A stretch of 64,000 nt of DNA, from NCBI GenBank assembly GCA_015521175.1, contig WAOR01000009.1, forward strand, positions 4,764 to 68,763, read 5' to 3'. The stretch is from Thermodiscus sp. (GTDB lineage: Archaea > Thermoproteota > Thermoprotei_A > Sulfolobales > Acidilobaceae). A program made the position numbers and the translations under genes. Below, piece after piece: positions 44,560-53,765 of this stretch (the stretch's first letter is position 1; each line of letters starts with the position of its first letter). The notes under the pieces were generated by a model. The model saw nothing but the letters and a program-made list of their open reading frames with translations. It did no database searches and had not been told where the DNA came from.

Positions 44560-45023
44560 GCTGGTGGAAGAGAGCACTGCCCGGAGACCTAGTCCACTTC
44601 CCGGGTAGCCAGGAGGTCGACCACTACCTCTACACTCCAGGCCTCCACGGCCTCAAAGCCGCTGAGCTACTGAAGGCTGGGAAGGTCCCTGGAATGCTCT
44701 GCGGAGATCAGCTGATACTTCCACCGAAAACATTCTGTCCAGACGAGAGGCTGAGCGAGGGCGAGGTCGTCGAGGTGGAGGGACCCTTCATAGCGGCACT
44801 CGTCACAGTGATCCACGAGGACTTCTATGGGAGGAAGCTGGAAGAGCCCCAGGTCCTCGCATTCATCACGGCTCAGGGAGCGATAGGAGGCTACATCGGC
44901 GTTGTGAAGGCATCGCCGGGCGACGTCTACCCGGGCATGCGGGTTAGACCGGTATTCAAGCCCGAGGAGGAGAGAACCGGTGCGATAACAGACATCGCCT
45001 ACTGGGAACCAGTAGCTGATTAA
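44556..45023 (+). CDS. DUF35-like OB-fold protein with degenerate Zn ribbon
   Basis: 155 aa, start overlaps the previous stop by 4 nt. Only two Cys at the ribbon position (MLCGD...FCPDE). C-terminus VRPVFKPEEERTGAITDIAYWEPV parallels VKPRWKPPEERTGSITDIECFEPV of the upstream paralog. Confidence 0.6.
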   Translation: MSWWKRALPGDLVHFPGSQEVDHYLYTPGLHGLKAAELLKAGKVPGMLCGDQLILPPKTFCPDERLSEGEVVEVEGPFIAALVTVIHEDFYGRKLEEPQVLAFITAQGAIGGYIGVVKASPGDVYPGMRVRPVFKPEEERTGAITDIAYWEPVAD

Positions 45024-45819
45024 CGCGTAAGCCTGTGTAACCCGCCAGTAGCCGCCACTATAGCGCCTGTAACGTAGCTGGCCCTCGGGGAGGCTAGGAA
45101 GGCCGCGATCCATCCAACCTCCTCTTTTTCCCCTATACGCCCGAGAGGTATGATTCTAGCCATATCCTCCAGCTCCTTGTCACTCGTAGTACCCTTCACC
45201 CTAGCCCTATTCTCGGCTAAGGCCGTGAGCCTATCTGTCAGTATGTAGCCTGGGACTATCGCGTTTACCCTTACACCTAAGGGGCCTAGCTCGCGGGCTA
45301 GTAGCACGGTTAGAGCGTGTAGGCTGGGCCTTAGCACCGTGCTGGTGGCAATCTCGGGGAAGACCTCCCACGCCGCTATACTCGTAACGAAGGTTATCGA
45401 GGGGTTCTCGGACTCGCGAAGGTAATCTACCGCAGCATTGACCGCTTCTATGGGGCCTCGACCAGCAACCTGTAGCTAAGCCTCCAGTCCTCAAGGCTAA
45501 CCTCTAGGAAACGGCCTCCTGGGGGAGGCGGAGGTACGTAGACGAGTGCGTCTAACCCACCGAGCCTTGAAGCCGCCTCCCTAACTAAGCGTGAAGCGCA
45601 CCCCTCACGGGCCAAGTCACAGGCGATGCCGCTGACCTCGCCCAGGCTGGATAGCCTCTCGACGCTCTCGGCTACCGTGCCGGGATTCCTGCCATTTATA
45701 ACTACTCGGGCCCCACAAGAGGCTAGGACCTTGGCGATCCCGAATCCTATCCCCTTAGTTGAAGCCGTTACAAGGGCGCGTGTCCCGGTGAGGGCGAGTT
45801 CACACGAGTCTTCGCCCAT
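45020..45819 (-). pseudogene. Short-chain dehydrogenase/reductase (SDR) gene interrupted by a 1-nt frameshift
   Basis: The N-terminal ORF 45448..45819 (TRALVTASTKGIGFGIAKVLASCGARVVINGRN...LEDWRLSYRLLVEAP*) continues in another frame, open from 45475 (..PIEAVNAAVDYLRES..ITFVTSIAAW..LGVRVNAIVPGYILTDR). Adding one base in the C-run at about 45452-45457 restores a 266-aa SDR. Confidence 0.7.
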
Positions 45820-45893
45820 AGTTGGAACACCGTCAATGATACTCTTTCGGGATAGGAATATGTTTAATCATGGCATGCTTAGATAACTAGCTG

Positions 45894-47336
45894 TCAGCAC
45901 CCGACATCGATTGTCCCCAAGATTCTTAGACCCTCCCTTCTTGGATCCCCTGCTAGTATTGTGAAGCAAGCTGGAGAGCCCTGCTCTACTCGGCCGAGCT
46001 CGGCAACCGGGCCCCCGCTAGCCTCGGCCGCGCTACGAGTGTAGGCTAGAAATGCTTCCTCGGGGGTTAGCGCCTCGCTTGGAAGGCATGAGGGCTGGCT
46101 GCATTGTGATAAGGCGGCCCTGAAGGTCTTAGCCGGATCTATGGGTTCTACGGGGGAATCGGTTGAGAATGCAAGCCTGGCTCCGGAGTCTGCGAGCCTA
46201 CGGAAGGGGTATGCCCATGTTAGCCTCTGTTGGCCGAGCCGGTCTGTTATCCACCAGTCGCTTACGCGGAAGTGCGGCTGGACTACGACGTGGACGCCTA
46301 TCCCGGCAAGCCTCTTCTCCTGCCCTGGCCTTACAATACTCGCATGCTCTATCCTCCCGTTAGGCCCCGGTGATAGCGTCTCGTAGGCTTCTACTACATC
46401 ATCTAGCGCGGCGTCGCCTATAGCATGTATAGCCACCCTCAAGCCTTTGCGGAGTACCGGGCCCGCCCTCTTGATTATCGTCTTCGCATCTAAGAGGCGC
46501 ATTCCCCTGTTACCTGGATCGTCGCTATAGTCCATAGACAGGTAAGCAGTCCTGGCTCCAAGACTTCCGTCAGCAAAGTCCTTGATCCCTACTACCGCCG
46601 CCTTGCCTTCTCTTCCAAGGATTTGTAGTGCTCTATCTAGGTCTTCTGGGCGTGGATAGCAGGAGATCCTCGAGTGTAGCCTCCCAGCCTCTTGGATCCG
46701 AGCTAGTGCGGCTGCCTCGCTTACCGGGCAAGACATGCTCGAGACTCCCAGTACTCCGTGGGACTTGATGTATTCGAGTGCTTTAGCGACTAGGAGGCTT
46801 GCGTCTACTTTTTCGAGGAGAGCTTCAACCAGATGGTAGACAGCATCTTCTCTTACAATGCCTTCTTCAACATCTACTAGCCCCGGATATCTTGAGTGGA
46901 TTTGAGAGGCGTGGAGTGCTAGTGTGTTGGCGACTGCTAGGTGGCCGCAGACTCTTACTGCGACTGCTGGCCTATCCGGAACGTATTGGTCTAGCAGCTT
47001 CCTAGTCGGCATCGCCCCTCTCACTATGAAGTTCTCCTGGTCCCATCCCCGCCCGTATGCAATCGGTCCTTGGGCCCCAGCTAGTTTCCTGGCTACGTCC
47101 TCCGGTGTTTTCGAGCCTTGGAGGTCCGCTCCCTGCAGTGCCAGGCCTATCCAAGTTATGTGGAGGTGCGCGTCTACTATTGCAGGAGCTATTAACCCCT
47201 GGTACTGCTTCTCCGTAGCATACCCGGCTTTAGGGTTCACGGATTTGACTCTCCCATCCTCAACGAGGATAGAATCCCCTATAGGCTCGAGGTACTCGTT
47301 TACAATACCCTCCGCCTTTAAGACCAGAGTGGGCAA
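45894..47336 (-). CDS. Metal-dependent amidohydrolase (Amidohydro_3-like TIM-barrel hydrolase)
   Basis: 480 aa. HxH motif IVDAHLHITWIG, later HAIGDAALD, and a C-terminal ..FSTDSPVEP.. typical of this family. Confidence 0.7.
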   Translation of the reverse strand: MPTLVLKAEGIVNEYLEPIGDSILVEDGRVKSVNPKAGYATEKQYQGLIAPAIVDAHLHITWIGLALQGADLQGSKTPEDVARKLAGAQGPIAYGRGWDQENFIVRGAMPTRKLLDQYVPDRPAVAVRVCGHLAVANTLALHASQIHSRYPGLVDVEEGIVREDAVYHLVEALLEKVDASLLVAKALEYIKSHGVLGVSSMSCPVSEAAALARIQEAGRLHSRISCYPRPEDLDRALQILGREGKAAVVGIKDFADGSLGARTAYLSMDYSDDPGNRGMRLLDAKTIIKRAGPVLRKGLRVAIHAIGDAALDDVVEAYETLSPGPNGRIEHASIVRPGQEKRLAGIGVHVVVQPHFRVSDWWITDRLGQQRLTWAYPFRRLADSGARLAFSTDSPVEPIDPAKTFRAALSQCSQPSCLPSEALTPEEAFLAYTRSAAEASGGPVAELGRVEQGSPACFTILAGDPRREGLRILGTIDVGC

Positions 47337-47391
47337 GCCCGGGAGGCACCGTTTATAACTGGACCAGGAGAGGGGCTATAACGGTGTAGGT

Positions 47392-48138
47392 ATGAGTGAA
47401 GAAACGCCCTCCATGCTGACGGCGCCATGGAAAATAATGCCTGGAGAAGAGCTACGCCTTGCCGATGCTAGAATAGTACGAGAGGCCAATGGAGACCTGG
47501 AGGCGTGCGACCGCTACGGGTGCGCCTCCGCGAGGGTCCCTCCCGAAAGACCGGTATACGCTGTACCCATACCAGCAGTCTACAGGGTTCTACCGGCTAC
47601 TCCCTTTATCTACATCGACTTCGCCAAGAGGATCTTCGTAGAGCAAGGAGAGGACTATTGGATCACAGCTCCCTTCGAGATCGAGGTCTATGCTGGAGAC
47701 CTCGCGCTTATCCGGCTGTCTCCCGTCCAGGTGAAGTACACCCTGATAGGCGACGTCATAGAGGGCACCCTCGCCCGTTATTATAGATCCGACGCGGTAT
47801 TCGACTTCGAAGACCTAAAGTACGAAGACTATACTGCGATAGTTAGATTCTTTGTCAGGGGGAGCAGTGTCCTCTTGCCCGGAATAGGATTCAGGGCTGC
47901 TGGCGTCGAGTTCTACGTGGATGGCAAGGGTAGAATATACTATCCTATGATTGAAGTTACAGTGAGTAACGGTAATGTGAGCGTTAAGACGACAAACAGG
48001 CCTCCTATACCCGGCCTTAAACCCATACTCCTTACGCGGTACGCTAGGCCTAAGCGCGTCCTAGCATTCACCCAGTCATACTCCCAGAACTTCGAGATGA
48101 GGGTTGACGTTGTGAAACGCTATCTCCCACAGCCGTGA
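47392..48138 (+). CDS. Hypothetical protein
   Basis: 248 aa, beta-rich, with no motif I can name reliably. Ends 9 nt upstream of the MscS gene on the same strand. Confidence 0.5.
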   Translation: MSEETPSMLTAPWKIMPGEELRLADARIVREANGDLEACDRYGCASARVPPERPVYAVPIPAVYRVLPATPFIYIDFAKRIFVEQGEDYWITAPFEIEVYAGDLALIRLSPVQVKYTLIGDVIEGTLARYYRSDAVFDFEDLKYEDYTAIVRFFVRGSSVLLPGIGFRAAGVEFYVDGKGRIYYPMIEVTVSNGNVSVKTTNRPPIPGLKPILLTRYARPKRVLAFTQSYSQNFEMRVDVVKRYLPQP

Positions 48139-48147
48139 GGAGGGTGT

Positions 48148-48990
48148 TTGGGGTTGGAGGGCAATAGCACCCTTACGAGAATACTCTCTTCGGTTGAAAC
48201 GAATGGTTACAAGATAATGGTTTCCATAGTGATACTAATCGCTGGAGTACTATTCGCCCTGTTCATTCGAGCCCTGATGAGGAGGTCATTGGGGCAGAGG
48301 CTCCCCCCTCATGTGTACAAGCCCTTTGAAGCAATAGTCTACTACTCCCTCGTTATTACCGCTGTTATCGGGGCCTTGTACCCCTTTGGAATAAGCCTTA
48401 CATCGCTTATTATAGCTGGCGGCTTCGCCGGCATAGTAGTAGGTCTCGCTACTCAGAGCACACTTAGTAATCTTGTTAGCGGCCTGATGCTCCTCATAGA
48501 ACAACCCCTTCGCATAGGAGACCCAGTCACGGTAAAGAACTACTCGGGGATCGTAGCCGGTATGAACGTCTTCTCCACACTCATAAGAACGTGGGAAGGC
48601 CCCATAGTTAGAATCCCGAATAATGACGTCTTCAACACAGTCATAGTGAATTATAGTAGGATGAAGGCGAGGAGAGTCGAGTTCACTATAGGAGTCCACT
48701 ATGATACCGATATCGAGTACGCCTCAAAAGTTATCAAAGAATTAATGGCTGAACACCCACTCTGCCTCGTCAACCCGGCCCCCGAAGTCTTCGTAGAAGA
48801 CTACTCCGACAGCGCCGTTAAGCTACGGATGAGGTGTTGGGCTCCGACACAGGCATGGTTCGCTACGAAAGTAGACATTCAAACAAAGCTGAAAAAACAC
48901 CTAGACGAGGCCAACATCGTAATCCCCTATCCGCAGTTAGATCTACACGTAAGAGACCGTGTCCGTGTAAGCCTTGAAAGGAACGATTAG
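48148..48990 (+). CDS. mscS: Small-conductance mechanosensitive channel (MscS family)
   Basis: 280 aa. TM3/beta-domain signature SNLVSGLMLLIEQPLRIGDPVTV..GIVAGMNVFSTLIRTWEGPIVRIPNNDVFNTVIVNYS. Confidence 0.8.
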   Translation: MGLEGNSTLTRILSSVETNGYKIMVSIVILIAGVLFALFIRALMRRSLGQRLPPHVYKPFEAIVYYSLVITAVIGALYPFGISLTSLIIAGGFAGIVVGLATQSTLSNLVSGLMLLIEQPLRIGDPVTVKNYSGIVAGMNVFSTLIRTWEGPIVRIPNNDVFNTVIVNYSRMKARRVEFTIGVHYDTDIEYASKVIKELMAEHPLCLVNPAPEVFVEDYSDSAVKLRMRCWAPTQAWFATKVDIQTKLKKHLDEANIVIPYPQLDLHVRDRVRVSLERND

Positions 48991-49073
48991 CAGTTAGAAA
49001 CCACTTCAGGAAGTAAGTATACTACAGTATTAGACTGTCCAGCCGAAACACATGGTTCCCGGGAAGAAGGCTA

Positions 49074-51239
49074 GTGAACGCTGAAAGAGCGGTTTTAGAG
49101 CTACAAAACACCTTGAAGAGCTGTGACAGGCTAGTAGCTTTACTCGGGGCGCCAAATACTGGCAAGAGCGTTCTCTATAATACACTCACGAAAGGCAAGT
49201 CTAGTGTTGCAAACTGGCCAGGCGTAACCGTCGACTTACACATCGGAAGGATAAGGGCTGGTTCCCGGAGTGTTTGCATCCTAGACCTGCCTGGCGCTTA
49301 TGGGCTAGTTCCAAGCAGCCCGGAGGAGAACGTCACCCTTGAGGCCCTGCTAGAGCTTAAACCGGACCTTATAATCACTTTACTAGACTCTACTAACCCG
49401 GATGCGGGGATTAACCTTGTCGTCCAGGCTATAGAGGCCTTTGATGGACGCGTGGTCGTCGCCCTTACTAAGTACGCCCTGGCCCACGCAATGGGGGTTC
49501 ACATAGATATTGGGCACTTACAGTCCCTTCTAGGAGTTCCTGTAGTACCGGTTTCAGCGCTTGAAGGCCTGGGAATAGATAAGCTCATGGAGTTCATAAC
49601 GGGAGAGGAGTCTCCGAGACAACGAGCGATTCTACGCATTGATTACGGTTTTCTCGAGGAAGACATTAGGAAAGTCGAGAAGAATAACCTCGTAGTGAGA
49701 GCGTCGGAAGAGTTCTCGATAACAACCCGGTGGCTGGCCCTACAAATAGTTAGTAGGAGTGAAGCTGTCCTTAGAATACTTGGAAAGCATGGCTACGACC
49801 AGCTAATAAGCCTCTCAGAGAAGGTATATGATGAGGCCCTCTCTAAGCTCGGCGTCCCACCGGAGGTTTACATTGCTGAGAAAAGGCTGGCAATTATTGA
49901 GAGCATAATTAGGGATACCGTCGTTAGGAGGACCCCTGCTAGTAATGTGTGGCAGAGATTCTCGGATATACTACTACACCCTGTGGCCGGGCCTATCGCG
50001 AGTATTCTAGGTCTATTCGCCACGTTTGGAGCAGTATTCTCGGTTAATACCGGCTTTCCTCTTAACATATTATTCGACTGGCTTGGGTGGAGAGCCGCGG
50101 CCGAATTCCTTGAAAAATACAATTTATCATCATTATTAATAGATTTATTTAATATAATCGGTAATATGCTAAGACCCCACATACCCCCTCCCTGGAACGG
50201 GCTCGTCGCCGACGGCATTATCGGAGGCGTAGGATTCGTCCTCAGCTTCCTCCCACTCATAATACTAGTCTACTTCTCTCTAGGGATACTCGAAGACTCA
50301 GGGATTGCTACGAGGATGGCGATAAGCTTTCACCCATTATTCTACCGCTTCGGCCTATCTGGTAGGAGCGTCTTCCCTCTCATGCTAGGCCTAGGCTGCA
50401 ATGTGCCAGCAGAATTTGCCACGAGAGGTCTACCGGAAGAGGAGAGGTTTAGAGTGGTATTCGCTGTGCCATTCATACCCTGTCAGGCACGACTAGCAGT
50501 CATAATCGCTGTAACCAGTATTCTCATTAAAGGAGTAGTCGCCCAGACAGTTGCGGTCACAGCCATCTATACCGAAGCTCTACTAGCCGCTTTAATGACG
50601 GCTTGGATAGCCTCGCGCATAATCCAGCCCCGAATATACAGGAAGAAGGGGCTACCATACCAGGCTAAACCAGAGTTGATAATGGAATTGCCCCCCGTTC
50701 ACAAGCCCCATCCGAAGGTTATCTGGTGGTATATCCGTGACAACACGATCCACTTCCTCAGAAAGGCTGGAACGGTTATCTTCCTACTAGCGATAATAAC
50801 GTGGGGGCTTCTATACTATGGCCCGAACGGGTACACGACTAACCCATCTCAAAGCTATGGTGGGATCATAGGAGAATGGGTCGGCGATGTAACACACTTG
50901 ATCGGAGTAGGCGAGGAAAGAGATCAAATACTTGGCGTCGCACTACTGGATGGTCTAATAGCGAAGGAAGGAGTACTCACGGCGATAGCAATATCGACGG
51001 GCGCCGGGCAGGAATCCCTCCAAACAGCTATTGAGAGCATAGGGCTTACCACGTCTCAAGCAATAGGATTCCTTGTACTCATAACACTATACTTCCCTTG
51101 CGTAGCTACGCTGGCCGCTATGAGAAGCATACTGAAGTCCTGGAAGCCAGTACTAGGATACGCTATATACTCTATACTCATAGCCATAACCTTCGCCACG
51201 ATAACATACCATATAGCGACCCTACTCGCTGGTGCCTAA
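49074..51239 (+). CDS. feoB: Ferrous iron transporter FeoB
   Basis: 721 aa. N-terminal G domain (GAPNTGKSVLYNTLT, DLPGAY, LTKYAL) followed by a polytopic membrane domain with gate-like motifs. Confidence 0.9.
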   Translation: MNAERAVLELQNTLKSCDRLVALLGAPNTGKSVLYNTLTKGKSSVANWPGVTVDLHIGRIRAGSRSVCILDLPGAYGLVPSSPEENVTLEALLELKPDLIITLLDSTNPDAGINLVVQAIEAFDGRVVVALTKYALAHAMGVHIDIGHLQSLLGVPVVPVSALEGLGIDKLMEFITGEESPRQRAILRIDYGFLEEDIRKVEKNNLVVRASEEFSITTRWLALQIVSRSEAVLRILGKHGYDQLISLSEKVYDEALSKLGVPPEVYIAEKRLAIIESIIRDTVVRRTPASNVWQRFSDILLHPVAGPIASILGLFATFGAVFSVNTGFPLNILFDWLGWRAAAEFLEKYNLSSLLIDLFNIIGNMLRPHIPPPWNGLVADGIIGGVGFVLSFLPLIILVYFSLGILEDSGIATRMAISFHPLFYRFGLSGRSVFPLMLGLGCNVPAEFATRGLPEEERFRVVFAVPFIPCQARLAVIIAVTSILIKGVVAQTVAVTAIYTEALLAALMTAWIASRIIQPRIYRKKGLPYQAKPELIMELPPVHKPHPKVIWWYIRDNTIHFLRKAGTVIFLLAIITWGLLYYGPNGYTTNPSQSYGGIIGEWVGDVTHLIGVGEERDQILGVALLDGLIAKEGVLTAIAISTGAGQESLQTAIESIGLTTSQAIGFLVLITLYFPCVATLAAMRSILKSWKPVLGYAIYSILIAITFATITYHIATLLAGA

Positions 51240-51242
51240 GGT

Positions 51243-51494
51243 ATGAAGAAGAATACTGCCAGCCTACTAGCAAAACTCTTAGACTATATTAAACATGGGT
51301 ACACGCTGAGAGAGGCCGCTATTAAATTAGGCATATCCGAGGAAGAAGCCAGACTCATATATTACACGCTGGCCGCCCAAGGACTAGTTACAATAATCGC
51401 GCCGAAAGCAAGTAAATGCTCTTGTAAAGGGTGTCCCTTCCGGAAATACTGCACATTAAATATTAAGGAGATAGTGGGAAAGAAGAAATCCTAG
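51243..51494 (+). CDS. Small winged-helix protein with C-terminal Cys cluster, FeoC-like (tentative)
   Basis: 83 aa, 3 nt downstream of feoB. HTH-like LLDYIKHGYTLREAAIKLGISEEEARLIYYTLAAQGLV and a cluster CSCKGCPFRKYC. Confidence 0.45.
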   Translation: MKKNTASLLAKLLDYIKHGYTLREAAIKLGISEEEARLIYYTLAAQGLVTIIAPKASKCSCKGCPFRKYCTLNIKEIVGKKKS

Positions 51495-51495
51495 G

Positions 51496-52668
51496 TTACC
51501 TGCGGGGCACCCTTACTTTTCCTAGTAGGGCTTTCACTATCACCATTCTCTGTACCTCGTTAGTACCATCGCCTATCTCGATCATCTTAATGTCTCGATA
51601 ATGCCTTTCCACAGGGCTCTCTCTACTATAGCCTATCCCTCCTAGGACTTGCATCGCCATCCTAACGAGATCAACTCCCCATTGCGCCGCCGCTAGTTTT
51701 GCTATACTGCTCCACATTGGGTAGTCATCGTCTCCATTGTCAACTTTGACTGCCGCTGTGTAAATTAAGGTCCTGGCGGCTTCTAGGCGTAGCTTCATCT
51801 CCGCTATCATGTATTGGACCATTTGGTGCTCTACTAGCGGTTTACCCATGGATTCTCTTTGCTTAGCGTAATTGAATGCCTCGTCGAAGGCCGCTTGCAT
51901 AACTCCTAGTCCTGTTGCCGCAGTAATTATTCTGCCCTCGTTGAGGGCATCCATTACGATCTTGAAGCCCTTGTTTACCTCCCCAACAAGGTTACGCTTG
52001 GGAACTCTACAGTTCTCAAATACGACCTCGCTAGTCCCGCTACCCCGGTAGCCCATCATTTCGAGCTTGGATACCTCTATGCAATCGGACTTGTCAACGA
52101 CGAACAGGGATACGCCTCTATGCCTATCCTCCGGCTTCCCGGTTCTCGCTGCTACTAGGAAGAAGCTGGCGTATGGAGAGTTCGTTATGAAGGTCTTTCT
52201 CCCGTTTATAACCCACTCGTCCCCGTCCAAGAATGCTCTAGTCGTTACGGCGGCCGCATCGGTGCCGCAGCATGGCTCTGTGAGGGCGAAGGCTCCTATC
52301 TCACCGTTTGCGAGGCGCTCTAAGTATTCTTGTTTTAGTTCATCGTTAGCATAGTGGACTAGCGGGTAGGCCACCATTGTCCCTGATACGGTGGCCATTA
52401 TTGATACCGCACTACTATACCGGGCGAGCTCCTCGACGACAATGGCGCTCTCTAGAGTTGAGAGGCCTGGCCCTCCGTATTCTTCAGGGACCCTCAAGGC
52501 GAAGTAGCCCATCTCAGCCGCAGCCCTAATAACATTGTCCGGAACCGTGTTCTCACGGTCTATCCTAGCGGCTACCGATGCTAGGTATTTCTCTCCGAAT
52601 TCCCTAACACTATTGCGTAGAACGCGTATATCCTCCGAGTCAAAAATATTATTCATAACAGGGAGCAC
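51496..52668 (-). CDS. Acyl-CoA dehydrogenase
   Basis: 390 aa. ACAD layout with ...ALTEPCCGTDAA..., ...FITNSP..., and a C-terminal RDIKMIEIGDGTNEVQRMVI. Confidence 0.9.
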   Translation of the reverse strand: MLPVMNNIFDSEDIRVLRNSVREFGEKYLASVAARIDRENTVPDNVIRAAAEMGYFALRVPEEYGGPGLSTLESAIVVEELARYSSAVSIMATVSGTMVAYPLVHYANDELKQEYLERLANGEIGAFALTEPCCGTDAAAVTTRAFLDGDEWVINGRKTFITNSPYASFFLVAARTGKPEDRHRGVSLFVVDKSDCIEVSKLEMMGYRGSGTSEVVFENCRVPKRNLVGEVNKGFKIVMDALNEGRIITAATGLGVMQAAFDEAFNYAKQRESMGKPLVEHQMVQYMIAEMKLRLEAARTLIYTAAVKVDNGDDDYPMWSSIAKLAAAQWGVDLVRMAMQVLGGIGYSRESPVERHYRDIKMIEIGDGTNEVQRMVIVKALLGKVRVPRR

Positions 52669-52804
52669 CGGTTACATGTTAATCCCTAACTCAATAATAA
52701 CCGTTGATTAATGTAGAGTAATGAATCGGGGGCTGTGAGGCGGAACCCGGGAACTAGAGCCTTGAACAGGTAATGATGACTGCTCGTTCACCGAGCCCCC
52801 AGGC

Positions 52805-52812
52805 TTTATAAG
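52805..52812 (+). promoter_or_regulatory. Candidate TATA box for the aIF5A gene
   Basis: TTTATAAG lies about 41 nt upstream of the GTG start at 52849. A GAGGGTG Shine-Dalgarno-like element sits at 52835-52841. Confidence 0.4.
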
Positions 52813-52848
52813 GGTGAACTCTCCGGCTCAACTAGAGGGTGTCTAAGC

Positions 52849-53259
52849 GTGAGCGTGAACTATGCAACGCTTGGCGAGCTCAAGAAGGGTAGCTACATCG
52901 TTATTGATGGTGAGCCTTGCAGGATCGTGGAGATCTCGAGGGCTAAGACGGGTAAGCATGGCAGCGCTAAAGCGCATGTAGTCGCTATTGGCATCTTCAG
53001 CGGGCAGAAGAAGACCCTAGTCGCCCCAGTAGATACTCGTGTGCAGGTCCCGATCATCGAGAAGAGGCTAGGCCAGATACTCGCTGATATGGGTGATATG
53101 CTACAGATTATGGACTTAGAAACCTATGACACCTTCGAAGTCGAGAAACCGAGCGATGACCCCAACCTGGTACAGAAACTACAACCGGGAGTCACGGTCG
53201 AGTATTGGCTGATAATGGGTAGACCAAAGATCATCAGGATAAGGGAGAGGAGCGCCTAG
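52849..53259 (+). CDS. eif5a: Translation initiation factor 5A (aIF5A)
   Basis: 136 aa. Hypusination loop [17 protein letters not shown]3-like N-domain plus OB C-domain length. Confidence 0.95.
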   Translation: MSVNYATLGELKKGSYIVIDGEPCRIVEISRAKTGKHGSAKAHVVAIGIFSGQKKTLVAPVDTRVQVPIIEKRLGQILADMGDMLQIMDLETYDTFEVEKPSDDPNLVQKLQPGVTVEYWLIMGRPKIIRIRERSA

Positions 53260-53765
53260 CACCTAACAGGAGGCTGGCCAGCCCAAATCCTATCTAAGAT
53301 AATATTTAACACTAAAACAGTCCTCCACACTCCCCAATCCCGGACTTCGAACGATAAAGCACTCTCGGAATCACATGTAGTGCCACGGTGCAGACAAGCT
53401 GTTACGGGTGGCTCTACTCTCGTAATATCGAGCTTTTGAGAACCGGTGCGAGAATGACGGATCTCGATTCTCGTACCACTCTCGGGGATTAGTGGATTCT
53501 CCGATAAGAGGGCTCCCAGTTTTTTGCCCCGGAGAACTGCCCTGACCCATCCCTCGCTTGTATCGGCATCTGGGCGTAGATGACGGATCTTGTCGCCTGG
53601 TGCTATGATCCACTTAGCCCCTACCCTGACCTGGGCCAGCGTATCTCTCCTTGCATTATTACTTATGAGGAGGGAGTAGACTAAGAACCTAGCAGCATCA
53701 TAAGTATTTCTAGGATCGGAGTATAGTAGTACCCGCTTGTACTTGTCTATCTCGTCTAATATCAT
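53256..53765 (-). CDS. Hypothetical protein, weakly TrmY/DUF358 (SPOUT)-like
   Basis: 169 aa. [36 protein letters not shown] and LVLNIILDR loosely resemble MJ1640-type TrmY blocks (LCRCLNSAFFLSHSFRKN, VRLNPDERSTAALIKKAL, IINYELDR). The middle is divergent. Start overlaps the SRP54 stop by 4 nt. Confidence 0.35.
   Translation of the reverse strand: MILDEIDKYKRVLLYSDPRNTYDAARFLVYSLLISNNARRDTLAQVRVGAKWIIAPGDKIRHLRPDADTSEGWVRAVLRGKKLGALLSENPLIPESGTRIEIRHSRTGSQKLDITRVEPPVTACLHRGTTCDSESALSFEVRDWGVWRTVLVLNIILDRIWAGQPPVRC

Noticed and set aside
52728-52800. 73-nt segment closed by GGGGGCT...AGCCCCC, tRNA-sized, containing an ATGATGA C-box-like word
   Set aside because: No T-arm (GTTCRANYC), D-arm or anticodon-arm pairing on either strand, and no CTGA D box to make a C/D sRNA. 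It lies in the aIF5A upstream region next to its TATA box.
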